Shown piece after piece: positions 18,730 through 29,294 of a stretch of 64,000 bases of DNA (position 1 is its first letter; each line of letters opens with the position of its first letter). Below the pieces are notes generated by a model. That model did no database searches. It was not told where the DNA came from and saw nothing but the letters and a program-made list of their open reading frames with translations. The stretch is from an uncultured archaeon. GTDB taxonomy: Archaea; Asgardarchaeota; Lokiarchaeia; Sigyniarchaeales; SOKP01. The translations under genes and the position numbers were made by a program. Location: positions 32,001 to 96,000 of the forward strand of contig CAZALK010000002.1 in assembly GCA_964486045.1 (NCBI GenBank), given 5' to 3'.

Positions 18730-19831
18730 TATATATCTCCAAAGCTTTGATTTTTGCTAATTCTATTTCTTTTTTTAAAATATGAGACTGGACTTCTGTA
18801 TTCTCATAGATTTTTGATAATACACGATTTTTTTCTTCGATTCCAACTAATTCATTCCGAAATGGAGAGAGCAAGCCCAACCAATCTGTCCAAGGATCAG
18901 TTATTGAATCCAAATATTCTCTTAATTTTTTAGATAGAAATGGACATTTACCTCCTGTCGAAATTGTTATGTTAAGATCTCCATTTTTAGATAATGCTGG
19001 AAAAATTACAGATGAAAGTGCTGGATTATCGACAACATTTACAAGGATATTATGAGTTCTGCAATAATCTGAAATTTTTGAATTTAATTGTGAGTCCGAA
19101 AGTGCCCCTACAACCAAAGATGTATTTTTTGGAATATATTTATAAAATTTTTTTGAATCTAAGTTAATTAAATGAAGTTTAACATATTTTGGTAGATCTA
19201 AAGATTCCTTTGAAATAACTGAAATATTCTTGGTGAATTTTGAAAGAAAATTAACTTTCCTTCTCCCAACTAGGCCTCCTCCAAAGATTATAACAGGTCC
19301 AGATAAGTTCAGAACAATAGGAAGTTGGAATGTACTTTCAATTATTTTTTCATGGTCTTGATGTTCTCTTTTGGGAATTTCGAATGAAATTTTTTTAAAT
19401 TCACGTGTTGAAAACATATGCTTGTATTCAGTTATTCCAAGATCTTCCATAATCTCTTTAGCTCGCGTTATTACCTCTTCTTTAGTTTCGGAATGTATCA
19501 TAAAGAAGAGGTTATAATCCCAACCTACTCGGTAATAACAGTGGGTGACTCCTTCGATCGTTGCAATTTTTTCTCCAATTTCATCTACTAAATCTTCAGC
19601 AATGTTTGCGACAACCATCAAGTTTGCACTAATTCCTACCTTTCTATGATTAACTGAAATTCCAAACCTTCTAATAAGCCCTCTGTCGAGTAAATCCTTA
19701 CAAATATCTATTACTTTTTCTTCCTTCATCCCTAAACGTTTTGCTATTTCTGCAAAAGGTTCTGAGACAAAAGGTAACCTCTGGACTTCCGCCAGAACGG
19801 CTAATTCTTCATCTGAGATCAAATTTAACAC
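18710..19831 (-). CDS. Siroheme decarboxylase subunit (AhbB/NirH-like) fused to precorrin-2 dehydrogenase (SirC/Met8-like)
   Basis: N-terminal PFAEIA...VTHCYYR..WDYNLFFMIH...EFKKISF; C-terminal FGGGLVGRRK, NVVDNP and ISTGGKCPFLS. The start may be TTG near 19822. Confidence 0.85.
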   Translation of the reverse strand: MLNLISDEELAVLAEVQRLPFVSEPFAEIAKRLGMKEEKVIDICKDLLDRGLIRRFGISVNHRKVGISANLMVVANIAEDLVDEIGEKIATIEGVTHCYYRVGWDYNLFFMIHSETKEEVITRAKEIMEDLGITEYKHMFSTREFKKISFEIPKREHQDHEKIIESTFQLPIVLNLSGPVIIFGGGLVGRRKVNFLSKFTKNISVISKESLDLPKYVKLHLINLDSKKFYKYIPKNTSLVVGALSDSQLNSKISDYCRTHNILVNVVDNPALSSVIFPALSKNGDLNITISTGGKCPFLSKKLREYLDSITDPWTDWLGLLSPFRNELVGIEEKNRVLSKIYENTEVQSHILKKEIELAKIKALEIYNVLSKH

Positions 19832-20267
19832 CTATTTTATATATTTTTTCTGCGGGAAGACGAATAACTTTACTTTGTAATTTATTCTCAATTTCTTCAA
19901 GGCTAGCAAACAAAGTTTCCTCATCTTGCTCTGTTAAAGTGAACCAAATATTTGGAGTACCCTCTCTAAGATAATTATGAGTTACTCCCCGGTAAGAATT
20001 GATAATACTTGCGGCTTTTTCAATACATTCATCGGGAATAGAAACTGCTGCGAGTATTGATTTAAAACCGATTTTATTAGCAGCAATAATAGCTCCAACT
20101 TTACGAATCAAACCCTTCTCAGTAAGATTTTCTAGTCTTGAAATTACATTATTAGATTTCAAACCTAATCTCTTCGCAATATCATCATAAGGATGTCGAG
20201 ATAAGGGAAAATAGTTTTGCATTAAATTAATCAATTCTTTATCTGTTTTATCTAATCCTTCAGTCAT
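19809..20267 (-). CDS. ahbA: Siroheme decarboxylase alpha subunit
   Basis: QNYFPLSRHPY, GVTHNYLR, NIWFT and KIGVKFDL. Confidence 0.88.
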   Translation of the reverse strand: MTEGLDKTDKELINLMQNYFPLSRHPYDDIAKRLGLKSNNVISRLENLTEKGLIRKVGAIIAANKIGFKSILAAVSIPDECIEKAASIINSYRGVTHNYLREGTPNIWFTLTEQDEETLFASLEEIENKLQSKVIRLPAEKIYKIGVKFDLR

Positions 20268-20271
20268 TTTT

Positions 20272-21279
20272 TCACCTATTTAACTCAACATATTTAAATT
20301 TATACATGCACCAAGGTTCTTGTGCCATATAATCATCATTATAGAAATAAGCTCTTGCCCGACACCCACCACAGGTTTGTTTATATTCACAAATCCCACA
20401 TGCACCTGAATAATTCATAGTTCTTAGCTTATCTAAAATAGGATTTCTTTTCCAAATTTCACTAAATTTTTTTTCACGTATATTTCCTAGTTTTAAGGGC
20501 AAATAGGGGCAGGGCCATACATCTCCGTTTGGTATAATAGAAATATAAGATATTCCGGCAAGACACCCTCTTGAATATCTATGCATTGGGATATTTAGTT
20601 GTTCTGCTATTCTTTTGAAATGAGGGGCACATGTGGGTTTGATATCAAAATTTAATTCCTCTCGTTTTTTTAGTAATCTTCGGATTAATCTCTCATATTC
20701 AGCAGCACGCAGGGAACTTTCCTCTAAGTCTTTACCCCTTCCTGTGGGTACGAGAAAGAGAACATGATGTGATTTAGCACCCATTTCCTTGGCTAATTTA
20801 CATATTTTTTCTATCTCTTCAATATTAAAATTAAAAACTGTAGTATTAACTTGAAAGGGTAATCCTACTTCATTACAATTCCTCATAGCCTTTAATGACA
20901 TATCGTATGCTCCTTGAACTCCGCAAAAATTGTCGAGTCTTTCTTTATCAATCATATGAAGAGAAATAGCAACCGCTGCCCCTCCCGCTTGTTTAAGGCT
21001 TTTTGCTGTTCTTGAATCAAGATAATACCCATTTGTCCCATAAACGGGTCTAAGACCTAAAGAAAATGCGTACTCTGTCAATTCTAAAATATCTGAGCGC
21101 ATTAAAGGTTCACCCCCTGAAAAAACCATCAGTTTAAAGTTAGCTTTTGAGATCTCATCTAGAAGAGCAAACCCTTCTTCTGTAGTTAATTCATTTTGAA
21201 ATTCTTTTCCAGCATCTCGGTAACAGTGTTTACACTGGAGATTACATTTGTTGGTTACATTCCAGGAACATATATTCAT
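20272..21279 (-). CDS. ahbD: Haem b synthase (radical SAM/SPASM, NirJ2-like)
   Basis: SWNVTNKCNLQCKHCYR, FLVPTGRG, KPTCAPHF, GCLAG, PCPYL and CGGCRARA. Confidence 0.88.
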   Translation of the reverse strand: MNICSWNVTNKCNLQCKHCYRDAGKEFQNELTTEEGFALLDEISKANFKLMVFSGGEPLMRSDILELTEYAFSLGLRPVYGTNGYYLDSRTAKSLKQAGGAAVAISLHMIDKERLDNFCGVQGAYDMSLKAMRNCNEVGLPFQVNTTVFNFNIEEIEKICKLAKEMGAKSHHVLFLVPTGRGKDLEESSLRAAEYERLIRRLLKKREELNFDIKPTCAPHFKRIAEQLNIPMHRYSRGCLAGISYISIIPNGDVWPCPYLPLKLGNIREKKFSEIWKRNPILDKLRTMNYSGACGICEYKQTCGGCRARAYFYNDDYMAQEPWCMYKFKYVELNR

Positions 21280-21315
21280 GCTTTTTTAAACCTTATTTTG
21301 TATCCTATTATTTTT

Positions 21316-22611
21316 TTAACTTATTTTATTTAAAGCTACATCCATCGCCTCTATAGTGGATTGTATATCATCATCCGAATGAGCTATTGATAAGAAACAT
21401 GTTTCAAATTGAGAGGGAGGGATAAAAATATTATTATTTAACAATTCTAGTTGATAAGCTCCAAATTTATCTCTATCACATAGTTGAGCACTTTCATAAT
21501 TATCTACGATCTTGTCTGTCATAAAAATCTGATACATTGATGCTATGGAATTAACCTGAGCAGATATCTTTTTGTCTTCAATAAGGTTCTTTAATCCTTT
21601 TACAATTTTTAAACATTGCTCCCTAAGACGTTTATAGAGACTATCACCACCCTGTATTAGAATTTTGATGGTTGTTAATCCTGCTGTTACTGAGATAGGA
21701 TTCCCACTCAATGTACTTGCTTGATAAATCTTTCCAAGTGGGGAAATATTATCCATAATTTCCTTTCTACCTCCATAACACGCAAGAGGAAGTCCTCCAC
21801 CCATTATCTTTCCAAGGGTAGTTAGGTCAGGAGAAATCCCAAAAGTCTTTTGAGCTCCTCCCAAACCTAATCTAAAGCCGGTTATCACCTCATCAAAGAT
21901 TAGAAGAATTCCATCCTCTTCTGTTATTTTTCGAACCTCTTGAAGATATCCGGATTCTGGAAGAATTAAACCAGCATTACCAATAACAGGCTCTATTATA
22001 ACAGCTGCAATTTTCCCCTTGTTTTTATTGATTTCTCCACTCAAAGATTCAATATCATTATATGGCAAGACAATAGTATTCTTGGTAGTATCAGCAGGAA
22101 TCCCTAAAGAATTTGGAGCACCGAAAGTTGTAGCTCCAGAACCCGCTTTAACAAGGACATAATCATGTGCGCCATGGTAACACCCTTCAAATTTTATAAT
22201 TTTATCTCTTTTGGTAAATCCTCGAGCAACTCTTATTGCATGCATAGTAGCTTCAGTTCCTGAGTTTACTAGCCTTAATTTATCCATGGATTTATATAAT
22301 CTTGAAATTGTTTCAGCTATGGTTATTTCGAGTTCGGTAGGAGTACCATAAATAACTCCTTTGGATAATTGATTTTGAATTGATTCCATTACTCGTTGAT
22401 TGGCATGCCCTAATATTAACGGACCATATGCAAGACAATAATCAATATAGTAATTATTATCTACGTCATATAGTTTAGAACCTTCAGCTTTCAAAGTAAA
22501 AAAAGGAAATGGACTAAATGCTCGAACAGGACTATTTACACCCCCAGGCATAAGGTTTTTGGCTTTTTCATATAACTTTTTTGAGTTCTTTCTCACCTTT
22601 CTTTCAACCAC
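21316..22611 (-). CDS. hemL: Glutamate-1-semialdehyde 2,1-aminomutase
   Basis: PGGVNSPVRAF, NSGTEA, FEGCYHG, FDEVITGFR and GKIMGGG. Confidence 0.97.
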   Translation of the reverse strand: MVERKVRKNSKKLYEKAKNLMPGGVNSPVRAFSPFPFFTLKAEGSKLYDVDNNYYIDYCLAYGPLILGHANQRVMESIQNQLSKGVIYGTPTELEITIAETISRLYKSMDKLRLVNSGTEATMHAIRVARGFTKRDKIIKFEGCYHGAHDYVLVKAGSGATTFGAPNSLGIPADTTKNTIVLPYNDIESLSGEINKNKGKIAAVIIEPVIGNAGLILPESGYLQEVRKITEEDGILLIFDEVITGFRLGLGGAQKTFGISPDLTTLGKIMGGGLPLACYGGRKEIMDNISPLGKIYQASTLSGNPISVTAGLTTIKILIQGGDSLYKRLREQCLKIVKGLKNLIEDKKISAQVNSIASMYQIFMTDKIVDNYESAQLCDRDKFGAYQLELLNNNIFIPPSQFETCFLSIAHSDDDIQSTIEAMDVALNKIS

Positions 22612-23582
22612 CTCGCAACTTCCTTGGCAAAATACGTTAATATCATATCTGCTCCTGCACGCTTCATAGATAGTAGGGATTCTAACACAACTCCTTTTTC
22701 ATCTATCCACCCCTTTTCTGCGGCAGCTTTAATCATAGAATATTCACCACTCACGTTATATACCGCAGTAGGAAATCCAAATTTCTTTTTGATTTGATAA
22801 ACTAAATCCAGATATGCGAGTGCTGGTTTAACCATAATAATATCAGCGCCTTCATTTATATCAAGAAGTACTTCCCTAACTGCCTCATTACCATTCGAAG
22901 AATCCATTTGATAACTTTTTCTGTCTCCAAATGAGGGGGCAGAAAATGCAGCATCTCTAAATGGACCATAAAAATTGGAAGAAAATTTAGCCGAATACGC
23001 CATTATACTTACAGTTTCAAACTTATTATCGTCTAGAGCCTTTCTTAATGCTTGAACTTGCCCATCCATCATGCTGGAAGGTGCAATCATGTCGGCTCCA
23101 GCAGTTACATGACTTACAGCAATCTCCTGCATTCTTTTAAGTGTAGGGTCATTTAATATTTGATTATCCTGTATTATCCCACAATGTCCATGGTCTGTAT
23201 ATTGGCAAAGGCATAGGTCAGTAATTACAAGAAGTTGATCTCCAAATTGTTTTTTGATTAATTTGACAGCTAATTGGACAATTCCTTTTGAATCTGAGGC
23301 TAATGACCCATTACTATCTTTTTCTAAGGGAATTCCAAACAAAATAATAGCCGGTATTCCTAGAGAGATTAATTGCTCACATTCTTTAATAAGATCATCT
23401 AGAGATAAACGGAACTGTCCAGGCATAGCATTTATTGGTTCAGGTTCATTTATACCCTCCTTAACAAAGATTGGATAAATAAGATCATTTATAGATAGTT
23501 GAGTTTCTTTTACAAGAGATCTAATTAGAGGGGTATATCTTAATCGTCGCATACGCGAAATTGGGAACTTAGTTTTTATCAT
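22593..23582 (-). CDS. hemB: Porphobilinogen synthase (Zn type)
   Basis: DLCLCQYTDHGHCG, MVKPAL and YNVSGEY. Confidence 0.97.
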   Translation of the reverse strand: MIKTKFPISRMRRLRYTPLIRSLVKETQLSINDLIYPIFVKEGINEPEPINAMPGQFRLSLDDLIKECEQLISLGIPAIILFGIPLEKDSNGSLASDSKGIVQLAVKLIKKQFGDQLLVITDLCLCQYTDHGHCGIIQDNQILNDPTLKRMQEIAVSHVTAGADMIAPSSMMDGQVQALRKALDDNKFETVSIMAYSAKFSSNFYGPFRDAAFSAPSFGDRKSYQMDSSNGNEAVREVLLDINEGADIIMVKPALAYLDLVYQIKKKFGFPTAVYNVSGEYSMIKAAAEKGWIDEKGVVLESLLSMKRAGADMILTYFAKEVARWLKER

Positions 23583-23837
23583 TTTTGATCATTATTTCAT
23601 TGATTTTTATCGGATTCAATAATTATATTTTGATGATATGTAAGAAATTTATTGCTTTTTTTAATTACGCTACTTTTTTTACTGCTTCTAATTTTAAATA
23701 TCATCTTAAGATTTAATCAATTAATATAGGGCTTATCATAGATAACGAATAAATTTGTTTAAAAGTTTCGGTTTTTTAAAAAAAAAAGCTGATCTGTTAC
23801 GAATTCAGTAACATTATAATGAATTAATCTCTATAAA

Positions 23838-24299
23838 TTACAGTTTAAAACTTGGTTCGATCTTAAGAAGTCGAGTTGTTGCCAAAATCTCGAGATCCTT
23901 GATTCCACTGATTAATTTTATCTTTTCTTTAAGATTCTCAAGTTTTTCCATATTCTCAACATTCGCTACGGCAAGAAAATCATATCTTCCGGTACATTGA
24001 AATATATGTAGAAGCTCATCTAAATTACCAAGTTCCTTAAATATGTTTTTGAATTGTCGGGGATTAACCGTCGCCATAATGATCCCTGTTACAGCAAGCC
24101 CTATTTTACGAGGATTTAATAACGCAGAAAAATGCATTATCACTTCTTTATCAAGTAACTTTTTAACACGAAATCTTACTGTAGCTTCATTCATATTAAG
24201 CTCTCGAGCAATTTCTGCAAAAGACCTTCTTCCATCCTCTTGTAAAATATTCAAAACCTGCCTATCAATTTTATCTAAATCTTTAACCAAATCTATCAC
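23838..24299 (-). CDS. Lrp/AsnC-family regulator
   Basis: LDKIDRQVLNILQEDGRRSFAEIA HTH and TGRYD RAM domain; directly upstream of the haem operon. Confidence 0.9.
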   Translation of the reverse strand: MIDLVKDLDKIDRQVLNILQEDGRRSFAEIARELNMNEATVRFRVKKLLDKEVIMHFSALLNPRKIGLAVTGIIMATVNPRQFKNIFKELGNLDELLHIFQCTGRYDFLAVANVENMEKLENLKEKIKLISGIKDLEILATTRLLKIEPSFKL

Positions 24300-24423
24300 C
24301 CAATTTTATTAATTACGTAGAAATTTTAGAAGCCTTACTAATATTGTAATCATTTTAGTATTATTAATTTTGTCAAGATGATTTAATTTAATCTAAGAAA
24401 TCGCAACCGATACATATTCCCTT

Positions 24424-24638
24424 ATTGACGTCATAATCTTTTAGGCAGATTCTCCCACAACTGGTAGATTCAACATCTATCTTTAAATAAAAGTACGATC
24501 ACCGTAATTAAACCTATTACTCAAAAAACACTTTAAGACATTAATGTTAAAGTTAATATAATACCCGAAGAGTACCTAATTGAGACAATGATAGATTCGC
24601 TCATAGAATTTTTAAACCATGAAAGAGAAAAAATTTGA
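24424..24638 (+). pseudogene. Decayed 3' remnant of a uroporphyrinogen-III synthase (hemD-like)
   Basis: Broken frames read IDVIIF*ADSPTT and TVIKPITQKTL*DINVKVNIIPEEYLIETMIDSLIEF, matching the HemD C-terminal pattern (IDxIxFTS; IGPxTxxxL...VxIxPEEYTIxxM). Confidence 0.65.
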
Positions 24639-24666
24639 TAACAAAAATTGATCTAAAGCGAAGATT

Positions 24667-25506
24667 TTAAATTCCTGAACCGTGTTCTTCAAAATAAATC
24701 TTAATATCTTGGTTTCTAGGATTTTTATCATAAACTAACTTATTTTCTAAATATTCAATTCTAGCATTTAAAGTAGATAGAGTAATTGCTAAAGGATCAG
24801 GTAGATTACCGTGTCTTAAGTCTATTTTTTCAATTTTTTCTCCCTTTCGAGAGACAATCTTACCTGGTACACCAACTACTAGAGAGTTAGGAGGAACATC
24901 AATTACAACTACAGAATTCGCCCCAATCCGGACATTATCCCCGATTGTAATCGGACCTAGAAGTTTTGCTCCTGTTCCTACAACTACATTATTTCCCAAA
25001 GTAGGATGTCGTTTAATTGGGTCCATCGACACACCACCTAAAACAACTCCTTGATAAACAGTGACATTATTTCCAATTATAGAAGTTTCTCCAATAACAA
25101 CACCCCCGCCATGATCAATAAAAAATTCATTCCCAATGTCTGCTCCTGGGTGGATTTCAATCCCGGTTAATTGCCTACTGATTTCAGAAAGATATCTTGG
25201 GACATAAGGCATACCCAATTTCCAGAAAAAATGTGAAATTCGGTATAACAATACTGCTTTAATACCGGGGTAACTAGTGAGCACCTCTATAAGAGAATGC
25301 GCAGCAGGATCCTTCCTAAAGGCTGAAGTTACATCTGATACAAAAAAATCCAGAATTTTTTGTAGATTTCTATCTATTTCCTCGTGATCTAGATCTTTAG
25401 ACCTATAATTTAAGTCTAAAATACATTCAGCACAATAATTATAATGCTCTTTTTCCTTTGAATCTAAACACTTCCCGCAATTCAAACATTTAACTAATTC
25501 TTCCAT
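24667..25506 (-). CDS. cysE: Serine O-acetyltransferase with an N-terminal CxxC-x14-CxxC extension
   Basis: [35 protein letters not shown] and GVPG hexapeptide repeats. Confidence 0.95.
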   Translation of the reverse strand: MEELVKCLNCGKCLDSKEKEHYNYCAECILDLNYRSKDLDHEEIDRNLQKILDFFVSDVTSAFRKDPAAHSLIEVLTSYPGIKAVLLYRISHFFWKLGMPYVPRYLSEISRQLTGIEIHPGADIGNEFFIDHGGGVVIGETSIIGNNVTVYQGVVLGGVSMDPIKRHPTLGNNVVVGTGAKLLGPITIGDNVRIGANSVVVIDVPPNSLVVGVPGKIVSRKGEKIEKIDLRHGNLPDPLAITLSTLNARIEYLENKLVYDKNPRNQDIKIYFEEHGSGI

Positions 25507-25756
25507 TTTAAAAAATTTCTAATTTTATTGTGTTTCTATAGGATTGGAATGATAAAATAAATTTAAAATTATTTATAATATTTTGAAAATGTTTTCTCTT
25601 TCTTTACAGTTTACTGTTTGATATTCTCGTTAAATAAAATAGTTTTTACCATAAACTAATTACTTATTAAATTTGGTATAGACTCTACCACAAATTTTTT
25701 TAGGTTTACTACAATATCAGACAAAATACTAAATTTTTAACATAGTTACATGGTGA

Positions 25757-26878
25757 TTTAATTTTTTCAGCGATATCCTAAATAAAATTCCAGATATCAA
25801 GTATTTTGTTTGGGATAAAGATTTCAAACTTGAATCTGGTAAAACTTTGAATGGTTTTCAACTTGCATATGAAACCTATGGAAAATTAAATGACACTGGT
25901 TCAAATGTAATAATAATTTTTCATGCTTTATCTGGAAGTTCTCATGTGTATAATAATGAGACTGGAATTGGAGGTTGGTGGGATAAAATGGTGGGTATTG
26001 GAAAACCGTTTGATCCTTCAAAATATTATATTGTGTGTGCTAACATTTTAGGTGGCTGTTATGGATCTACAGGTCCATCTTCAATTAATCCTGAAAATGG
26101 AGAAAAATTTGGCCTTACTTTTCCAATTATCACGGTAGGCGACATCGTAAAATCCATAAAGTTATTGATCGATTATCTTGGAGTTAAAAAAATTGTAACC
26201 GTTACTGGGGGAAGTCTTGGTGGGTTCCAAGCACTGGATTGGGTTGTAAAATATCCACAAATAACTCAATCAGTAATTCCTATAGCAACAGCGTCATACG
26301 CTACGACTTTTAATGTAGCGTTCAACGAAGTACAAAGGCAAGCTATCTACTCCGATCCGAACTGGAATAATGGGAGCTATTATGAGGGAGAGCTTCCAAA
26401 TGTGGGATTAAAATTGGCTAGAGAAATAGGTCACATCACCTATCTAAGTGAAGATTCAATGAGAGAAAAATTTGGAAGAGAATTACGTTATAACCCGGAA
26501 TATATATTCCAATTTAAGGAAGAATTTGAAGTAGAGAGTTATTTACAACACAAAGGAACTACTTTTACTAAACGATTCGATGCGAATTCATATTTATACA
26601 TAACAAAAACTATAGATTATTTTGATATAAGAAGGGAAGGAGATTTAGCATTGACATTTTCTCCTTTAGAAAAAGTTAAATTCTTAGTAATCTCTTTTTC
26701 ATCAGATTGGTTATATCCTACATCTCAATCAAAAGAAATTGTTTATGCTTTAAAATCAAGTGGTATTGAAAGTAGTTTTGTAGAGATTAAGACAAATTAT
26801 GGACACGATTCATTTTTAGTTGAATGTGATGATTTGCGTGTAGTAGTATCCAATTTTCTGAATAACTTTATACTTTGA
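25757..26878 (+). CDS. metX: Homoserine O-acetyltransferase (start codon unresolved)
   Basis: HALSG, GGCYGSTGP, GGSLGG, FDANSY, SDWLYP and GHDSFL. The frame is open from 25757 and includes the conserved FKLESG upstream of the TTG at 25847. Confidence 0.92.
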   Translation, partial: FNFFSDILNKIPDIKYFVWDKDFKLESGKTLNGFQLAYETYGKLNDTGSNVIIIFHALSGSSHVYNNETGIGGWWDKMVGIGKPFDPSKYYIVCANILGGCYGSTGPSSINPENGEKFGLTFPIITVGDIVKSIKLLIDYLGVKKIVTVTGGSLGGFQALDWVVKYPQITQSVIPIATASYATTFNVAFNEVQRQAIYSDPNWNNGSYYEGELPNVGLKLAREIGHITYLSEDSMREKFGRELRYNPEYIFQFKEEFEVESYLQHKGTTFTKRFDANSYLYITKTIDYFDIRREGDLALTFSPLEKVKFLVISFSSDWLYPTSQSKEIVYALKSSGIESSFVEIKTNYGHDSFLVECDDLRVVVSNFLNNFIL

Positions 26879-26902
26879 TAATCCAAAGGGAGTTAGTAAA
26901 AT

Positions 26903-27499
26903 TTGTTAGAACGAAAGGATCTAGGAGCTATCTATGAAATTATTAAAATTAATAGCAGAGTTTTAGATTTGGGGTGTGGTGATGGATTATTATTAAGAGA
27001 GTTAGTTTTAAATAAACAAGTTAAGGGTCTTGGTATAGAAATTTCAATTGGAAAAATAAAAGCCTGCCTTAGTAATGGAATTTCGGTTATCCAAGAAGAT
27101 TTGAATGAAGGTCTTAAAGATTTTAAGAATAGATCATTTGATTATGTAATTTTAAGCCAAACTCTTGAATATATCGCTAATCCCGTTTATTTAATTCAAG
27201 AAATGTTGAGAGTGGGAAAAAAAGTTGTAATAAGCTTTGAAAATCTCTCGTATTGGAAGAATAGAATCACGTTTTTATTAAAAGGTGAGCTTCGAAGAGC
27301 CAGAACTAATAATATTTCATTGTATTTTAGAAAAAAAATTCAAATTCTTACAGTAAAAAAGTTCTTTGATTTTTGCGCCTATTATAAAATTCATACTTCA
27401 CATCAAATTTATCTTCCTGCTAGAAAATTAAATTTAAATCGAAAATTTCCTAATCTTTTAAGTAAAATAGCTATTTTTATATTGCAGGGAGGAAATTAA
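26903..27499 (+). CDS. metW: Methionine biosynthesis protein MetW (SAM-binding fold)
   Basis: RVLDLGCGDG, FDYVILSQTL and EMLRVG; follows metX. Confidence 0.9.
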   Translation: MLERKDLGAIYEIIKINSRVLDLGCGDGLLLRELVLNKQVKGLGIEISIGKIKACLSNGISVIQEDLNEGLKDFKNRSFDYVILSQTLEYIANPVYLIQEMLRVGKKVVISFENLSYWKNRITFLLKGELRRARTNNISLYFRKKIQILTVKKFFDFCAYYKIHTSHQIYLPARKLNLNRKFPNLLSKIAIFILQGGN

Positions 27500-28660
27500 A
27501 TGGGACCAAACTGGACTAAAATAAGAGAGGAGGAATTCCCATCTCTTAAAAATATCATTAATTTAAAGGCTGCGGGAGGTTCACCAATAAGTAAAAGTAC
27601 GTATGATTCTGGAGTTAAATATTTTAATGATATGCTAAATTATGGTGATATTTATTGGGATGAATATTTTAGAGAATTAAATTCAATTCGAGAAAAACTA
27701 GCTATTTTATTTAATTCGAAGCCATCAGAGATCGCGTTCTTAATAAATACCTCATCATGTATGAATACAGTAGCAAGAATATTAAAAAAAAAGGGTGTAA
27801 TTTACCCTGAAGGTGAATTTCCTGCTTCAATTCATATATTTAAAAGGTTAGGATTTAACTGCGAGAAAATTCAACACAAAAATAATAGATATTCAATAAA
27901 TGAAATTAAAAAGAGCATCAAAGAAGAAACCAAGTATCTGATTCATAGTCATATTCAGTATTTAACCGGTTTTAAACAAGATCTCGAAAAATTAGGAACA
28001 TTATGTAGAAATGAAAGCTTAACGAATATAATCAATGCGACCCAATCATTTGGAGCATTCCCACTTGACATTCAACGATTTAAAATTGATATTTTAGTTG
28101 CTTCGGCTTTAAAATGGGCTTGTTGTGGCTATGGAATCGGAATCCTTTTCATAAAGGAAAAGATTATTATGGAAAATGAAATACCATTTTCGAGTTGGTT
28201 AAGTGTGTCAGACCCGATGTCAATGAATAATGATAACCTTCAGATCGGTAAAGAAACGAGGTTTATTGACGGAATGGGTGAAACTCCACACTTCCCTGCT
28301 TTATTAGCATTAAAAGGGGGATTAAATCTAATTGAAAGAATAGGTGGTGGAGATCCTCAAACAGGTCTTAAAAGGATCAGTGGAAGAATCATTGAACTCA
28401 CAACTGAGTTGGTTAAACATCTCAAAGAGCTTGAATTTAAAATAATTACCCCTTTAGAAATAGAAAATAGATCAGGGATTATAACTCTTGAGCATTTAAA
28501 TGCTGAGGAGATTTATAGAGAACTACTTATAAATAATATACACATTTCATTACGAAATTATCCTACCACAGCTAAAAAAACTTTGTTAAGATTTTCTCTT
28601 AATTATTATAATAATTATGAAGATATTGAAAAATCCATTACTATTTTAAAAAAAATTTAA
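27500..28660 (+). CDS. Class V PLP aminotransferase / C-S lyase-like protein
   Basis: NATQSFG, ASALKW (PLP Lys), RSGI and LRFS..YYN. No persulfide Cys in the IscS/SufS loop. Confidence 0.8.
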   Translation: MGPNWTKIREEEFPSLKNIINLKAAGGSPISKSTYDSGVKYFNDMLNYGDIYWDEYFRELNSIREKLAILFNSKPSEIAFLINTSSCMNTVARILKKKGVIYPEGEFPASIHIFKRLGFNCEKIQHKNNRYSINEIKKSIKEETKYLIHSHIQYLTGFKQDLEKLGTLCRNESLTNIINATQSFGAFPLDIQRFKIDILVASALKWACCGYGIGILFIKEKIIMENEIPFSSWLSVSDPMSMNNDNLQIGKETRFIDGMGETPHFPALLALKGGLNLIERIGGGDPQTGLKRISGRIIELTTELVKHLKELEFKIITPLEIENRSGIITLEHLNAEEIYRELLINNIHISLRNYPTTAKKTLLRFSLNYYNNYEDIEKSITILKKI

Positions 28661-28730
28661 TTAAAAACCAAAAAATTAGCACAAAACCTTTTTGTAGGGA
28701 TAATTGAGATAACCATTAATTTACGAAATA

Positions 28731-29294
28731 TTAGAACTTACCACAGCCTTTGCACTTACCATCCAAAAATGCTGAACAGTCCTTACAAATGTTACCACAT
28801 TCACTTTCTTTACTATCCTGGCTGAAAAGATTAAGAGGAAGATATTTTGGTGCTATTAATTCAGACACGAAAATAGTTGCAGAGTGTAATATTCCTTGCT
28901 TATTCGTGGGTCCACAAAAATTCAGATATCTGTGCAAGATATCAATATTTTGTCCAATTATTCCCAAAATCAAGTTATATTGCCCTGTCACTTGAGCTAA
29001 TAAAAATACTCTTGGACAGTCTTCATATGCTTCAATGATTTTTTGTACTTCCTCATAATTGCGCATTTCCATCAGTAAAAATAGAGACTTGTATTGAAGT
29101 TTACTAACATTTGTGTTCGCTTGTACTTTGAGGACCCCAGAATTCTCTAATTTTGAAATTCGCTTAGCAATTCCAGTATGACTCATTGTATCTTTATCAG
29201 ATTTAAATATTACTTTTTCCAAATTTGTTAAGCTTTCCCGCCCATTTTGAAATAAAGTTCTTAAAATTTGCTTATCAATATTATCTAATTCCAT
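28731..29294 (-). CDS. Lrp/AsnC-like regulator with Cys-rich C-terminus (paralog 1)
   Basis: LDNIDKQIL HTH, TGQYNL and CGNICKDC-x7-CKGC. Confidence 0.85.
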   Translation of the reverse strand: MELDNIDKQILRTLFQNGRESLTNLEKVIFKSDKDTMSHTGIAKRISKLENSGVLKVQANTNVSKLQYKSLFLLMEMRNYEEVQKIIEAYEDCPRVFLLAQVTGQYNLILGIIGQNIDILHRYLNFCGPTNKQGILHSATIFVSELIAPKYLPLNLFSQDSKESECGNICKDCSAFLDGKCKGCGKF

